IMG/VR virus record: IMGVR_UViG_3300028586_000030
Span: 1 to 51,304 of that record
Source of the DNA: a virus
Taxonomy: Duplodnaviria; Caudoviricetes
DNA length: 51,304 nucleotides
Reading direction: 5' to 3' (one strand)
Shown here: piece after piece, positions 35,735 to 46,788 of the stretch
Position numbering within the stretch: the stretch's first letter is position 1
Layout: each line of letters starts with the position of its first letter
The notes under the pieces: model-generated
The model's input: the letters and a program-made list of their open reading frames with translations, nothing else
Databases searched by the model: none
What the model was told of the DNA's origin: nothing
Program-made: the position numbers and the translations under genes

Positions 35735-36151
35735 ATGTCCCTGTTCAAACAATTTGCAACCAACGCCGAAAAAGTAAACGAAGGCGTTCCGATGACCTTC
35801 GCCGCTAACGAAGACGGTTCCGTGCCGACGTTTTTCATTTCCCGGATGGCGAAACAAAACAAGCGCTATCAGAAAGTAGCCGAAGCTAAGTTTCGTCCGC
35901 ATCAACGCGCAATCAACAACGGCACACTGTCCAACGAAAAGTCCGACGAATTGATGTTGGATATCTTCGTTGAAGGCGTTCTTGTAAGTTGGGAAAACGT
36001 TCAAGACGAAAATGGTAAAGCGATTACCACTAAAGAAGGTATCGTCCAATTGTTCAAGCTTCTGCCTGATCTTCACGCCGAACTTGAACAAGCCGCAAAA
36101 GAAATCGGTTTGTTCCGTACCGAAGAGTTGGAAGTCAATTCGGGAAACTGA
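35735..36151 (+). CDS. Tail assembly chaperone (G-like)
   Basis: Between tube and tape measure; ends in the slippery GGGAAAC. Confidence 0.85.
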   Translation: MSLFKQFATNAEKVNEGVPMTFAANEDGSVPTFFISRMAKQNKRYQKVAEAKFRPHQRAINNGTLSNEKSDELMLDIFVEGVLVSWENVQDENGKAITTKEGIVQLFKLLPDLHAELEQAAKEIGLFRTEELEVNSGN

Positions 36152-36498
36152 TAAAAGCGGTGTCGTTCACTCCGGCTAGAAAACATTTGAGTGACACCGT
36201 TAGAAAGCAAGCCGAGTTAGCGGGCGAAATATTGCCCGCTGAATCAATCGAAGAAGAGCCGGAGCTTAACGAAGGGTTAATTCTTTATCTTTTGGCATAC
36301 CACGACTTAGATACTGAACGATCACACGGACTTTGTTTAACCCCTATACCCTCATCTGCTATTGTTCAATACGCTGAAACTTACGATTTCGACGAAGAGC
36401 AAACCGAAAATTTAATCCATTATATTAAAAAGATGGATGCTGCCAATCTTGAAAAACTGGCAAAGAAAAAGCCTAAAAGCAAGCGAGGTAAAAACTAA
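36142..36498 (+). CDS. Tail assembly chaperone -1 frameshift extension (GT-like)
   Basis: -1 frame open from G GGA AAC through KLIKAVSFTPARK... to 36498. Confidence 0.8.
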   Translation, partial: GKLIKAVSFTPARKHLSDTVRKQAELAGEILPAESIEEEPELNEGLILYLLAYHDLDTERSHGLCLTPIPSSAIVQYAETYDFDEEQTENLIHYIKKMDAANLEKLAKKKPKSKRGKN

Positions 36499-36935
36499 TG
36501 GCCCGGACACTCTTAGACTTAGCTAACGGTCTAGACGACCGGGCTAAACGTTTGCCGAAACTGGCTAGTGATTTAGCAGTAGGTTTAGCCCGTGAAATAA
36601 TTAAAGAGCTTACGGAAACCACACCTGTTGATACTTCTAAAGCGATTTCAAACTGGGTTGTTAAACTAGATAGCCCTGATTCTAATGAAATTGAAGCTCA
36701 TACTCCGGGTAAACGTGGCTCAACTCTTGAGTCTAGTTCAAGAATAACTAATTTGCGCGCTTTGACAGCGACGTACAAAAAGAAACCCGGCCAAACAATA
36801 TTTATCGTTAACAATGCTTCTTACATCAGGGACTTAAACAACGGCTCGTCGGGCCAAGCGCCAGAACACTTTGTTCAACTGGCGATTATTAAAGCACTAA
36901 AAGTGTTACGTTCCACTAAAAGGAAAAACAAGTAA
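36498..36935 (+). CDS. Tail completion protein (HK97 gp10-like)
   Basis: TPVDT...SNW, I.NN..YI..LN.GSS.QAP..FV. Confidence 0.85.
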   Translation: MARTLLDLANGLDDRAKRLPKLASDLAVGLAREIIKELTETTPVDTSKAISNWVVKLDSPDSNEIEAHTPGKRGSTLESSSRITNLRALTATYKKKPGQTIFIVNNASYIRDLNNGSSGQAPEHFVQLAIIKALKVLRSTKRKNK

Positions 36936-39900
36936 TGTCCGACGAAAAAATAAGCATTGAGATTACAGATAAAGTCTCAACGTCCATTCAAACAAAGCTT
37001 CGGTCTATAGCTACCGATGCTAGAATCGCAGATACCAATATTGTTTCGCTTCGTCGTTCGTTGGACACGCTGACTAAGATTAGCGGTTTGGCTAAACTTC
37101 AATCTGACCTAAAGAATATTTCGAATGCTTTTAGTGGTGCTGCGAACGCCGCAAGTTTGCTTTCCTCCGCCGCTGCAAAGACAGCGCTGGCTAATCAAAA
37201 GCTAGCAACAGAAGCTCAAAAAACACAGGCTGCCTTGACTCTGGCGCAGGCCGCTTTGTCTCGCTTATCCGAAGCTCAAACTAAAGCCCAAACAGCCACG
37301 GTCAACTTGACTGCGGCTCAAACGAAAGCATTGATTGAAGCCCAAAAACTTGCGACTGCCCAGCAACAAACGGCTGCGGCTGCGACTAAAGCCGCCGAAG
37401 CATTGGCGCGTTTAACAACTGCGCAAAACAATGCGGCTACATCCGCGCAACGCCTTCTTACGGAACAGCAACGAACGGCCACTGCACAATCCAACGCTGC
37501 CAGTGCTGCCACTCGTTTGCAGACCGAGCAACAGCGCCTAGCCGCCGCCACGGTCCGTGTGACCGCTGAACAGGCCAAGGCTGCGACTGCGGCTCAACGT
37601 CTTGCCACTGAGCAACAGCGCACCGCTGTACAGGCAGCCAATGCCGCAGCCGCAGCCGACCGGGCAGCACTGGCCGCTATCAGGCTGGCCGAGGCCCAGC
37701 GTCAAGCCGGTTCCGCTGCAAACGGTGCAGCCACGTCTATGAAGCAGTACGTTCTCGCAGCACTGGCCGCAGTAGGTGTGGGCATGGGGGCTGGCGGGAT
37801 TATCGCTGTTGCTGATGCCTACACTCTTCTGAATAACAAGTTGCAAAACGTCGCAACCAGCCAAACTCAAGTTGCTGAAATAACAGAGCGGTTATTTGAT
37901 ATTGCTAACCGCACTACAAGCTCTATTGATTCGACGGCTACAGCTTTTGCACGTTTTGACCGTTCTTTAAAAGGAATGGGGAAATCTCAAAACGATACAT
38001 TACGTTTAACCGAGACTATTAACAAAGCGTTGATTGTTGGCGGCGCAAGTGCAACCGAAGCTTCGTCAGCGTTGCTTCAACTTTCACAAGCGTTTAACGC
38101 GGGTTATCTGATGGGCGATGAATTCCGCTCTGTTTCGGAAAACATGCCGATGGTCTTGGACGCAGTTTCTAAGACTCTGAACAAACCAATTGACCAGATT
38201 AAAAAGCTTGCATCCGAAGGCAAGATTACTGCGAAGGTAATGTACGACGCGTTTAAGCTTATCGAAAAAGATGTGGACGGCACTTTTGCAAAAATGGATA
38301 TGACCGTTGGTCAATCCCGCACTGTTTTCAGTAACTACTTCACTAAGTACGTCGGTGAAATTGACAAGGCGTATGGGATTACAGCCACGATGGCACGCGG
38401 CGTTGTAACGCTAGCTAAAAATATGGACGACTTGGCTTTTGCCGCCGCGCTGGTTGGCATTGGTTTAGCTGCGGCTTTTGGCCCTTCTCTTGTTGCATTG
38501 TTTGCTCGTGCGCAAGCTGCGGCAATTGCGTTTAACGCAACGCTTCTCGCTAACCCGATTTTAGCAGTGGCTGCGGCAATCGCTGCTGTAACCGCCGCGA
38601 TTGTTATTTATGGCGACACAGTTGATATTGTCGCTAAAAATGGTTCGTTTACTTTAAAAGATGCATTCCGCACAGCGTTTAGGGAAATAGGGGAGTACGC
38701 TTCGGAGGCCGGAACTTATCTTTCTTCTGTTTGGGACGGGATGATAGATTCTATAAACTCTGTAACTAGCGGCGGAGCGGAACAGTTCAGAAGCTTTACT
38801 GAGACTTTAAAAACGTTGGTAAAAGCTTCGGTTAATACAATGATCGGAGTATGGGTAGGACTAGCTAAAAGTATTTCTATAATCTGGAATAACATTCCCG
38901 GAGTTATTAACGCCGCGTTAGGAACTGCAATAAACTTTGTTTCTACTGCAATTTCTCAAATCCTTAATCTTTGGCAAAAGCTTTTTGTCGGTATTGCCTC
39001 TTTGGCGGAAAAAGTTTCACCCGATCTTGCAGCGAGCATAACCTCCGGGCTAGATAAGCTTAAAATTGAGCTTCCAAAGGTTCAAGTTTCTAAGGTTGGC
39101 GAAGTTGCTGCTAAAGACTTGAACGATGCAATTAAAGGAGCATTGAATACTGATTATATTGGAAACTTTGCGGATCAAGCTTCGCAGGATGCGCGCCGTC
39201 GTCGTCAAGCTGCCGGGGTTAGGGGCGGAAGTGACAGCGAACTTCGGGGGGAGGGTGTAAACCAATTGTCTGGCGTTGATCGTAACGCAGGCAAAGCCGC
39301 TGAATCTCGCGCTAAGTCTATGGCTAAAGTAAACCTTGAGCTTGATAACGAAATTCAGCGTATGAATATGCTGAAACCTGCGCGTGAAGCTCAAGCCCGT
39401 TACGATCAAATCGAAGAAACGCTAGCCGGTAAAAAGATTAAGCTTTCTGCCGAAGAAAGCGCTTCTTTGAAAGATAAGATCAAAACAATACAGGACGCTA
39501 CGCAAGTACAAGCGCAGTACGATCGAATTTATCAAGAGTCGGTTAGTGCGGTTAATGAATACAAGGCAACCTTAAGTGCTGCCGATCAACTGTTAAAGCA
39601 AGGAGCGATTACACAAGCTGAATACAACAAACAAGTCGCTAAGTCTAAAGAATCTTACGCCGATGCCTTAGACCCTTTGCGCCAAACAAATATAGGCTTG
39701 CAACAGCAAATGGATTTGCTAAGTATGTCTTTGCCTGATCGTGAAATTGCACAGCAATTGCAGCAAGTTGATAACCAACTTCGCACGCAAGGTTTGTCGA
39801 TTATCGATCAATCGACACAGAAGCTAACCGCAGAAGGCGAAGCACTTCGTCAGCGTCTTGAAACAATCCAGCACGCGACGGCCATTCAACAGCAATATGA

Positions 39901-40966
39901 CTCGATCTACAGTCAAACCGTTGGCGCGCAAGATGCTGTTCGGGCAGCAATTGAAGCAACGACGCTAGCGTATAAAAACGGTTTGATTTCCGCAGAACAA
40001 TACGGAATTCGAATCAACCAACTTTCGGTTGAGGCGGCAAAGCTAAGGCTTGAGGCTGGCAATGCTTTGCCCGGTGACGCGTCTTTAGCGGCATTTGGCC
40101 AAATTATCGACGGATATAAGGGAATGTTGTCCGGGCTTTCTGAAAGCTTCGGAGATTTGTTTACTAACATTACTGATGGTTTTGCTAATGCTATTGCCGG
40201 TGCAATCACCGGCACCGAAAGTTTAGGCGATGCGTTAAGAAGCGTTGGACAATCGGCGGTGCAAGAGTTTATTGCGCAGCTAATTAAAATGGGTATTCAG
40301 TACACAATAAATCAAGCGTTGGGTGTCCAATCTGCGACGGCGGTTGGCGCTGCACAAGTTGCGGCCACAGGTGCTGCGACGGCAGCTAGTGTTGCGGGTA
40401 CAGCTACGGCGGCTACAGCGAGCGTTGCAGCCGGTGCAACTGTTGCTACAGCTTGGGCACCTGCTGCAATTTGGGCAAGCATTGGTAGCTTTGGACAAGC
40501 GGCGGTTATTGCTAGTGGTGCAATACTCGGCGTAATGGCTTTAACCGGAGGTTTTGAAAAAGGCGGGTACACTGGCAACGGCGGAAAAAGCCAAGTCGCG
40601 GGCGTTGTTCACGGTAAAGAGTTCGTAATGAATGCCGAGGCCACGCAGCGAATAGGTGTGGGCAACCTTGAAGCTATGCAAGACGGTCGTATGTCAACTG
40701 TTGAAGTCAGCGCTTCAAAATCTCGTTCGTCTGCATCTGGTGGCGGCGGAACTAAAATTAACTTTACTTTGATCAATAACGCGAACAACACGGAAGTTAC
40801 ACAAAAACAAACAGAAGATGAAAACGGCGAAGTAGATTTCGTTATAACTGTTAACAACATTGAAAACGCGTTAGCTAGCCGAGTCAGTTCCGGTCGCGGC
40901 CCATTGCACAACGCAACTAAAAATGCATTCGCTTTGAATGCAAATCCACAAGGCGGACGTACATAA
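36935..40966 (+). CDS. Tape measure protein
   Basis: 1343 aa, Ala-rich; tape-measure domain (QLSQA...L.GDEF.SV.EN); GGYTG.GG...AGVVH.KEFV. Confidence 0.96.
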   Translation: MSDEKISIEITDKVSTSIQTKLRSIATDARIADTNIVSLRRSLDTLTKISGLAKLQSDLKNISNAFSGAANAASLLSSAAAKTALANQKLATEAQKTQAALTLAQAALSRLSEAQTKAQTATVNLTAAQTKALIEAQKLATAQQQTAAAATKAAEALARLTTAQNNAATSAQRLLTEQQRTATAQSNAASAATRLQTEQQRLAAATVRVTAEQAKAATAAQRLATEQQRTAVQAANAAAAADRAALAAIRLAEAQRQAGSAANGAATSMKQYVLAALAAVGVGMGAGGIIAVADAYTLLNNKLQNVATSQTQVAEITERLFDIANRTTSSIDSTATAFARFDRSLKGMGKSQNDTLRLTETINKALIVGGASATEASSALLQLSQAFNAGYLMGDEFRSVSENMPMVLDAVSKTLNKPIDQIKKLASEGKITAKVMYDAFKLIEKDVDGTFAKMDMTVGQSRTVFSNYFTKYVGEIDKAYGITATMARGVVTLAKNMDDLAFAAALVGIGLAAAFGPSLVALFARAQAAAIAFNATLLANPILAVAAAIAAVTAAIVIYGDTVDIVAKNGSFTLKDAFRTAFREIGEYASEAGTYLSSVWDGMIDSINSVTSGGAEQFRSFTETLKTLVKASVNTMIGVWVGLAKSISIIWNNIPGVINAALGTAINFVSTAISQILNLWQKLFVGIASLAEKVSPDLAASITSGLDKLKIELPKVQVSKVGEVAAKDLNDAIKGALNTDYIGNFADQASQDARRRRQAAGVRGGSDSELRGEGVNQLSGVDRNAGKAAESRAKSMAKVNLELDNEIQRMNMLKPAREAQARYDQIEETLAGKKIKLSAEESASLKDKIKTIQDATQVQAQYDRIYQESVSAVNEYKATLSAADQLLKQGAITQAEYNKQVAKSKESYADALDPLRQTNIGLQQQMDLLSMSLPDREIAQQLQQVDNQLRTQGLSIIDQSTQKLTAEGEALRQRLETIQHATAIQQQYDSIYSQTVGAQDAVRAAIEATTLAYKNGLISAEQYGIRINQLSVEAAKLRLEAGNALPGDASLAAFGQIIDGYKGMLSGLSESFGDLFTNITDGFANAIAGAITGTESLGDALRSVGQSAVQEFIAQLIKMGIQYTINQALGVQSATAVGAAQVAATGAATAASVAGTATAATASVAAGATVATAWAPAAIWASIGSFGQAAVIASGAILGVMALTGGFEKGGYTGNGGKSQVAGVVHGKEFVMNAEATQRIGVGNLEAMQDGRMSTVEVSASKSRSSASGGGGTKINFTLINNANNTEVTQKQTEDENGEVDFVITVNNIENALASRVSSGRGPLHNATKNAFALNANPQGGRT

Positions 40967-41733
40967 TGGCGCTCATCCCTTCGTTCATGCCCACACCTAT
41001 TCGGGACGGGTATGCAGGGGGATGGGTTCGCTCATTCTCCCGCGTGCAAATGGAAGATAATCAATACCAAACTAGACGTGAAACTAGCCGTGAACAGTTT
41101 GCGTATGCGCTTTCGTGGAAGCTTGATTACACGCAGCTTGCTATGTTTGAAGGTTGGTTAGAGTATGACCTCGCTAAAGGCACAGGCTATTTCGATGTTA
41201 ACTTTGCCGGAAAAACTGTAACGGTAAAGCCGTCAACAGGAATGCCGGAAGTTTCTCCAGTCGGAAGCAAATGGCTGGTTAAACTAGCCGTTGAGGAACT
41301 GCAAAGCGCGCCTGTCATTTCTCCCCGCAATGGCGTGCTTCCATCTTGGCCTATCGGGTTACCTTCTTTCGAAAGCGATGGATACGCGTATGCAAAAGAT
41401 TCAGCGGTAACTAAATCGGATATTGATTTCGGCGTTGCCGATATGAGGGTTAGATTTAGAGAACGCGTTACAAAGTTTACAGGTAAAATTTTGGTCGATC
41501 TTAACCAAAGAAATTTGTTTTGGCAGTTTTATAAGGATTCTCTTATAAACGGTTCTGCCTATTTTCTTTGCCCGTTTGTTGGTTCACAGGGCGAAACAAA
41601 GTTAAGGTCGAGATTCGCGGAAAAGCCTACCGAAGCGCCTAACGGCTCATGGTTTGCTATTTCCGTATCGCTCGAAACAGTAAAAGCCCCTATACTGACG
41701 GCCAATCAATATCGTACGGCTCTTGCCGATTAG
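40966..41733 (+). CDS. Distal tail protein (duplicated domain)
   Basis: After the TMP; two repeats with P....GY ... L.KG..YF / L.NG..YF. Confidence 0.7.
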   Translation: MALIPSFMPTPIRDGYAGGWVRSFSRVQMEDNQYQTRRETSREQFAYALSWKLDYTQLAMFEGWLEYDLAKGTGYFDVNFAGKTVTVKPSTGMPEVSPVGSKWLVKLAVEELQSAPVISPRNGVLPSWPIGLPSFESDGYAYAKDSAVTKSDIDFGVADMRVRFRERVTKFTGKILVDLNQRNLFWQFYKDSLINGSAYFLCPFVGSQGETKLRSRFAEKPTEAPNGSWFAISVSLETVKAPILTANQYRTALAD

Positions 41734-41748
41734 TAAGGAGTATTTGAC

Positions 41749-42282
41749 TTGAGTATGACCTTAGCCATTGAAGAGGCGTATGCTTCTAATCCTATCGACG
41801 AACTTGTTTTGGACACGCTGGAATTTCATCACCCTGCGTTTGTTGATGAGTTCGGCGTTAGAACCGGAGTTCGAATAGTTAGAGATTCGCAAGCTTGGCA
41901 ATTTAAGCTGGAAGATAGCGCGCCTGTTTCACCCGGCGAATACGTTGAATTTTCGCCTGTGCCTTTCGAATTCTCGCGGCCCGGATTTGAAGAAGGGCTA
42001 GTGCCGACTTTGCAATTGACGGTTTCAAACATAAGCCGATTAATTACACGTTATCTAGAATTGGCAATCGCCCAAACAATACCAATTGAAGTTTACTTTC
42101 GTCCGTATTTGTCTTCTGATACTTCCATGCCGCAAATCAATCCCGTGATTGTAATGAAGTTAACTTCGGTTACGGCAAATACAATGTCTATAACCGGAAC
42201 AGCAACATTAAGCGATGTGCATAACTGGCCGTTTCCTGCCAAGAAATACACTGCGGAAAGATTTCCAGGGCTAATGCGATGA
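41749..42282 (+). CDS. Minor tail protein (DUF1833-like)
   Basis: EAYAS......TLE.HHP, F...PF...P, YL.SD, FP...YT...FPGL. Confidence 0.85.
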   Translation: MSMTLAIEEAYASNPIDELVLDTLEFHHPAFVDEFGVRTGVRIVRDSQAWQFKLEDSAPVSPGEYVEFSPVPFEFSRPGFEEGLVPTLQLTVSNISRLITRYLELAIAQTIPIEVYFRPYLSSDTSMPQINPVIVMKLTSVTANTMSITGTATLSDVHNWPFPAKKYTAERFPGLMR

Positions 42283-42704
42283 ATGCAGATGAAGTTAACA
42301 GCCTGTGCGGTTGCGAATATAAAGCAGGTTCTTTTGGCCCCCCTGAAAATGGCTTTAACTGCTGGGGTTTACTGCATTATGTTCAGAAGCATTACTTTTC
42401 AGTGAAAATGCCTGTTGCCCCTATTGGCGACAGGGAGACTTGCTTACGGATGTTTGCCGACCGTGTTGAAGCTAAGGTGTGGGCACACGTTGAAAAACCT
42501 TCTCACGGCGACGGGGCTTTAATGAGAGAGGGGAAAAACCCGCATGTTGGTATCTATCTTGATATAGACGGCGGGGGTATACTTCACGCACTAGAAGGCA
42601 TGGGCGTTATATTCACGCCCTGCCAAGATTTGAATTATCACGGCTTTGGCCGGGTTAAATACTACAGGTTAAACAATGCCAAGCAATCTACTAATTCACC
42701 GTGA
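42279..42704 (+). CDS. NlpC/P60-family tail-tip assembly protein
   Basis: FNCWGL, HVGIY...GG.ILHA. Confidence 0.88.
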   Translation: MNADEVNSLCGCEYKAGSFGPPENGFNCWGLLHYVQKHYFSVKMPVAPIGDRETCLRMFADRVEAKVWAHVEKPSHGDGALMREGKNPHVGIYLDIDGGGILHALEGMGVIFTPCQDLNYHGFGRVKYYRLNNAKQSTNSP

Positions 42705-45700
42705 CCCATTCCGTATTCACGTAGATGTTGAAGAAAAAGAAATCGCGCATGGTTTAACAATATTCGAAACGGTTATTGGTTCAGGCTTAGCCGTTTCGAC
42801 TGAAACCGGAATTCAAAGAATAGGCACATACGTTGTTTTACATAACGGTGTGCCTATTTTGTTTAAGGATTGGGGTTTAGTCTTACAAGACAACGATGTT
42901 GTTCAAATTGCTTATCTGCCTAAAGGTGGTGGGGGTGGCGGTTCAAACATTAAAAGTATTATTGGTGCGGTGCTTATCGCAGTTGCGGCGTATTTTACTT
43001 TTGGCTTAAGCCTTGTCGCTACAGCCGCTGTCGGCATTGGTGCATTTGCTGTTTTATCTTTGGCAGGCTCTACCGTTCCGCAGCCGTCCACTTCAATGGG
43101 TAAAACAAGCTCAAGCACAAGCCCAACTTACTCTCTTAACGCCCAAGGTAATAACGCTCGTCTTCTTGAGGCCATCCCTCGTGTATACGGAAGAATGCGA
43201 ACTTTCCCTGATTTGGCGTCACAACCTTACAGTGAGTACGAAGGTAACGAGCAATACCTCTACCAGTTGTTTTGTATTTCGCTCGGCAGCATCGAAATAG
43301 AAAGAATCGACGTTGACGAAACAAACATCAACAGCTTTGAAGACGCCGAAATTCAGATAATCAACCCCGGCCAAGCTGTAACTCTCTTCCCGGATAACGT
43401 TGTTACTAGCGACGCTGTTAGTAACTTGGATATGCTCGGTCCAAATAACCCAACTTATTCCACCCTTGGACCTTTTGTTTCTTCTGGACCGGGTTCAAAG
43501 GCTAACTATATCGGCGTAGATATTGCTTTTCCTCGGGGTATTGGTCGAGTAGACGACACAGGTAATACCGTTGAGTCTTCATTAACCGTGCATTTTGATT
43601 ATCAAGAGGTTGACGATTCCGGACAAGCTATCGGCCCGTGGAACGTTCTTTTCGAAAAAGTTTATACTTTCGCCACACAAGACCCCCAGCTTGTAAGCGT
43701 TAAAACCGAAGTTTTACCCGCTCGCTATCAAGTTCGCGGTTACAGAATGACGCCCGAATCCGACGATAACCGGAGCTTTGACGCTGCTCAGTGGATAGGT
43801 CTAAAGTCTTATCTTCAATCGACACACGTTTATGGCGATGTAACGTTGCTTGCCACAAAGATGCGAGCTACAAACGCTTTAAACTCTTCTACGGCGCGCA
43901 AGCTTAGCGTTATCTCTAAAGGGCTTGTTCAAAAATGGGACCCGGTAAACGGATGGGGGGCTTTAGAATTTTCAGCTAACCCGGCATGGGTAGGCGCAGA
44001 CATTCTTCGAAATACTGAATATGGTAGGGGTTTAGGTACAGACCGAATGGTCATCAATACTCTTTACCGACTATCTGCCGTTTGGGACCAACGCGGGGAT
44101 ATGTTCAACGGTGTATTCGATACAACCTCGCAGTTATGGGAAGCGCTCAGTCAAGTTTTCAGAGTTGGTCGAGCCGTTCCTATTTATTATGCAGGTGTCA
44201 TTGACGTTATTCGTGATGAGCCGCAAACCGCAGTCAAGTCTTTATTTCAACCGGCTAATATGGTCTTGGGTTCGTTTAGCACAACCTATAGCTATTACGA
44301 TACTGATACGCCCGACCATGTAATCGTCGAATATATTGATTCGGTCACTTGGAAGCCCGCAACCGTTGTTTGCAAACTTCCGGGAGAAACTGCAAACAAC
44401 CCTTATAACGTTAAGCTTTTCGGTTGCACTGACAGAGATCAGGGATTTAGAGAAGGGATTTCTATGGCGGCGGCAAACCGCGACCGTCGTCGCTCTATAT
44501 CATTCACTGCATTGAGCGATGGTTTTATTCCTCGCTTTAATTCATTGTCTCGCATTAGCCATGATGTTCCTCAATGGGGCTACAGCGGTCGGGTAATAAG
44601 TTTAAACCGCATAAATGGTAAGCTTTCTACATCCGAACCTATTCCTTTTAACGATCAAGTTACGTATTACATCGCCTTTAGAAAACGCAACGGCTCAGAA
44701 GATGGGCCTTACGTTATGGTCAAGGATAACTCTCTAGACGAAGAAAGCGGACAATTCGGATGCATCGTTTCTGCCAGCGCTGAACAACTTGCAAACATTT
44801 ATATTAGCGACGGCACAAGAGAAGACCTTACTTATTACCAGTGCGGGCCAACTGAGCGCGAAGGTTTAAAAGTCTTGATTACATCGGCTTTGCCCGACGG
44901 TAAAGGCAAAGTAAACATCGTCGCAATAAACTACGCCGATAGCGTTCATTCTGCTGAAAATGGCGGTGTAGTTCCGCCGCCTGCGCCTGCGTCTGAACTT
45001 CCGGGAATTCCATCCGCGCCTATTGTAAACAGCGTAACCGTTGTTTACACAGTAGAAATTGGAATTCAAAACATTATCGCCACACCTGCGTTAGGCGCAA
45101 TCTATTATGAGTTCGCAGCCAAGAGCGCGGCTGGCGACTGGGCTGTTCTCGGGACCAACCAAAGCCCGACGTTGCAGGTCTACCTGTCGCCCGGTGAATG
45201 GTCTGTACGCGTGCGCGGCGTCGGTAGGGCTGTCGGCCCTTGGGCGACTTGGAACGGCACCATTGAAGCTACAAGCCTTCCAACACCACGGCTGGACAGC
45301 TTCACTGCGACCACAAAGCTTTTCACAATCGGGCTCAACTGGTCGTATCAAGCCGAGACAAACACAATTGCCGAACGCATAGAAGTGTGGGCATCACAGG
45401 GCGATGTTTTAGGTAATGCAAGTCGTCTTGTTGATCTACCTTATCCTGCAAATGCTTTCGATCACGTTATTGGTCGCGCTGGTGAAATTTGGTATTACTG
45501 GGCACGAGTCATTGACAAAGCAAAACGGGTTGGACCGTGGTTTAACCTTGCCGGAACAATAGGACAAACAAGCAATGATGCTGATCCTATTCTAGATATG
45601 ATAGAAGGTCGGATTGAAGAAGAACATTTAGGGCAATTACTTCAAGAAAAAATTGAACTTATCGCCGTTCTTCAAGCACAAGTTAATGCGCTCGATGGTC

Positions 45701-46788
45701 TAAAAGGATACGAAAATAAGCCATACACTAAAGGGCAGATGGTTGTAGAGAACGGAATAATTTATCTCGCAACGCAAGCTGTGCCCACAAATACGCCTCC
45801 GCCGAATACAACTTACTGGAAAAACGTAGGCGAGTTGTTGGAAACATCCAATGCGCTGGCCGGTCAGATTTCTACAATTCAGTCTCAGATAACAGAAATA
45901 AACGGTTCGGTTGTTGCCCAAGCTGCGGCTAACCAATCGTTGAAAGCGGCTGTTCGTGATTCTGATAACTACAACGGTTTGGCAGATGCTTTAGCCGGTT
46001 ATAACGCAATGGCTTCGGCTGTAAATGAATCACAAGTTAGAGCTAGCGAGTCAGAAGCAAGCGCTAGAACAATTATTCAATTAACTGCAAGCATTAATGG
46101 AAACACAGGTCAAGTTACGTCTCTTCGCGAAACAGTAGCTACTAACCAATCTGTTACTAGCCAAGCTTTAGAGCAAGTTTCTTCGCGAGTTTCAAACAAC
46201 GAAGGCCAAATAACTAGCCTAAGCAAAGTTGTAGTTGATAATCAAACTGCCACTTCTACATCCTTACAGCAAGTTAGCGCTAGAGTTGGAACAGCGGAAG
46301 GTAAAATAGAAACACAATCTACAGTGGTTGCCGATATAAACGGTAAAGTATCTACCACGTGGACTATGCGTTTACAACAAACATCTAACAACGCTTATAA
46401 ATTTTTGGGAATTGGCGGCGGGATTGCAAACGGTGCAGACGGATTGTTACAAGCTAGCTTTTATATTGCAGCGGATAAGTTTGCATTTATCAACGACACG
46501 ACAAACGGTATTGAAGTTCCATTTGCTTTAGAAGGCGGACAAACATTCATTAAAGAAGCTTTTATTAAAAAAGCTACAATTCAAAACTTGCTGGTTGGTG
46601 CAACGCTTGGATCAACTGCTAGAATTGGATCGGGGCCAAACCAAAATAAGCAGGTGATGATTCAAGATTTTAACGTTGGTCAAACGACTTATAATGGTTT
46701 ATCATTAACTCGCGTTGACAATAGCGCGGGAACAAAAATTACCGATGTTAACTCGGGAATTGCGGTTATTGAATGGGGTGAGGTTTAA
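42676..46788 (+). CDS. Central tail fibre / tip attachment protein (lambda J-like)
   Basis: 1370 aa; N.AR....IP..YG, NPAW, FNGVFD, FnIII-like region, coiled coil, ADKFA..PF....GQ.FI. Confidence 0.92.
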   Translation: MPSNLLIHRDPFRIHVDVEEKEIAHGLTIFETVIGSGLAVSTETGIQRIGTYVVLHNGVPILFKDWGLVLQDNDVVQIAYLPKGGGGGGSNIKSIIGAVLIAVAAYFTFGLSLVATAAVGIGAFAVLSLAGSTVPQPSTSMGKTSSSTSPTYSLNAQGNNARLLEAIPRVYGRMRTFPDLASQPYSEYEGNEQYLYQLFCISLGSIEIERIDVDETNINSFEDAEIQIINPGQAVTLFPDNVVTSDAVSNLDMLGPNNPTYSTLGPFVSSGPGSKANYIGVDIAFPRGIGRVDDTGNTVESSLTVHFDYQEVDDSGQAIGPWNVLFEKVYTFATQDPQLVSVKTEVLPARYQVRGYRMTPESDDNRSFDAAQWIGLKSYLQSTHVYGDVTLLATKMRATNALNSSTARKLSVISKGLVQKWDPVNGWGALEFSANPAWVGADILRNTEYGRGLGTDRMVINTLYRLSAVWDQRGDMFNGVFDTTSQLWEALSQVFRVGRAVPIYYAGVIDVIRDEPQTAVKSLFQPANMVLGSFSTTYSYYDTDTPDHVIVEYIDSVTWKPATVVCKLPGETANNPYNVKLFGCTDRDQGFREGISMAAANRDRRRSISFTALSDGFIPRFNSLSRISHDVPQWGYSGRVISLNRINGKLSTSEPIPFNDQVTYYIAFRKRNGSEDGPYVMVKDNSLDEESGQFGCIVSASAEQLANIYISDGTREDLTYYQCGPTEREGLKVLITSALPDGKGKVNIVAINYADSVHSAENGGVVPPPAPASELPGIPSAPIVNSVTVVYTVEIGIQNIIATPALGAIYYEFAAKSAAGDWAVLGTNQSPTLQVYLSPGEWSVRVRGVGRAVGPWATWNGTIEATSLPTPRLDSFTATTKLFTIGLNWSYQAETNTIAERIEVWASQGDVLGNASRLVDLPYPANAFDHVIGRAGEIWYYWARVIDKAKRVGPWFNLAGTIGQTSNDADPILDMIEGRIEEEHLGQLLQEKIELIAVLQAQVNALDGLKGYENKPYTKGQMVVENGIIYLATQAVPTNTPPPNTTYWKNVGELLETSNALAGQISTIQSQITEINGSVVAQAAANQSLKAAVRDSDNYNGLADALAGYNAMASAVNESQVRASESEASARTIIQLTASINGNTGQVTSLRETVATNQSVTSQALEQVSSRVSNNEGQITSLSKVVVDNQTATSTSLQQVSARVGTAEGKIETQSTVVADINGKVSTTWTMRLQQTSNNAYKFLGIGGGIANGADGLLQASFYIAADKFAFINDTTNGIEVPFALEGGQTFIKEAFIKKATIQNLLVGATLGSTARIGSGPNQNKQVMIQDFNVGQTTYNGLSLTRVDNSAGTKITDVNSGIAVIEWGEV

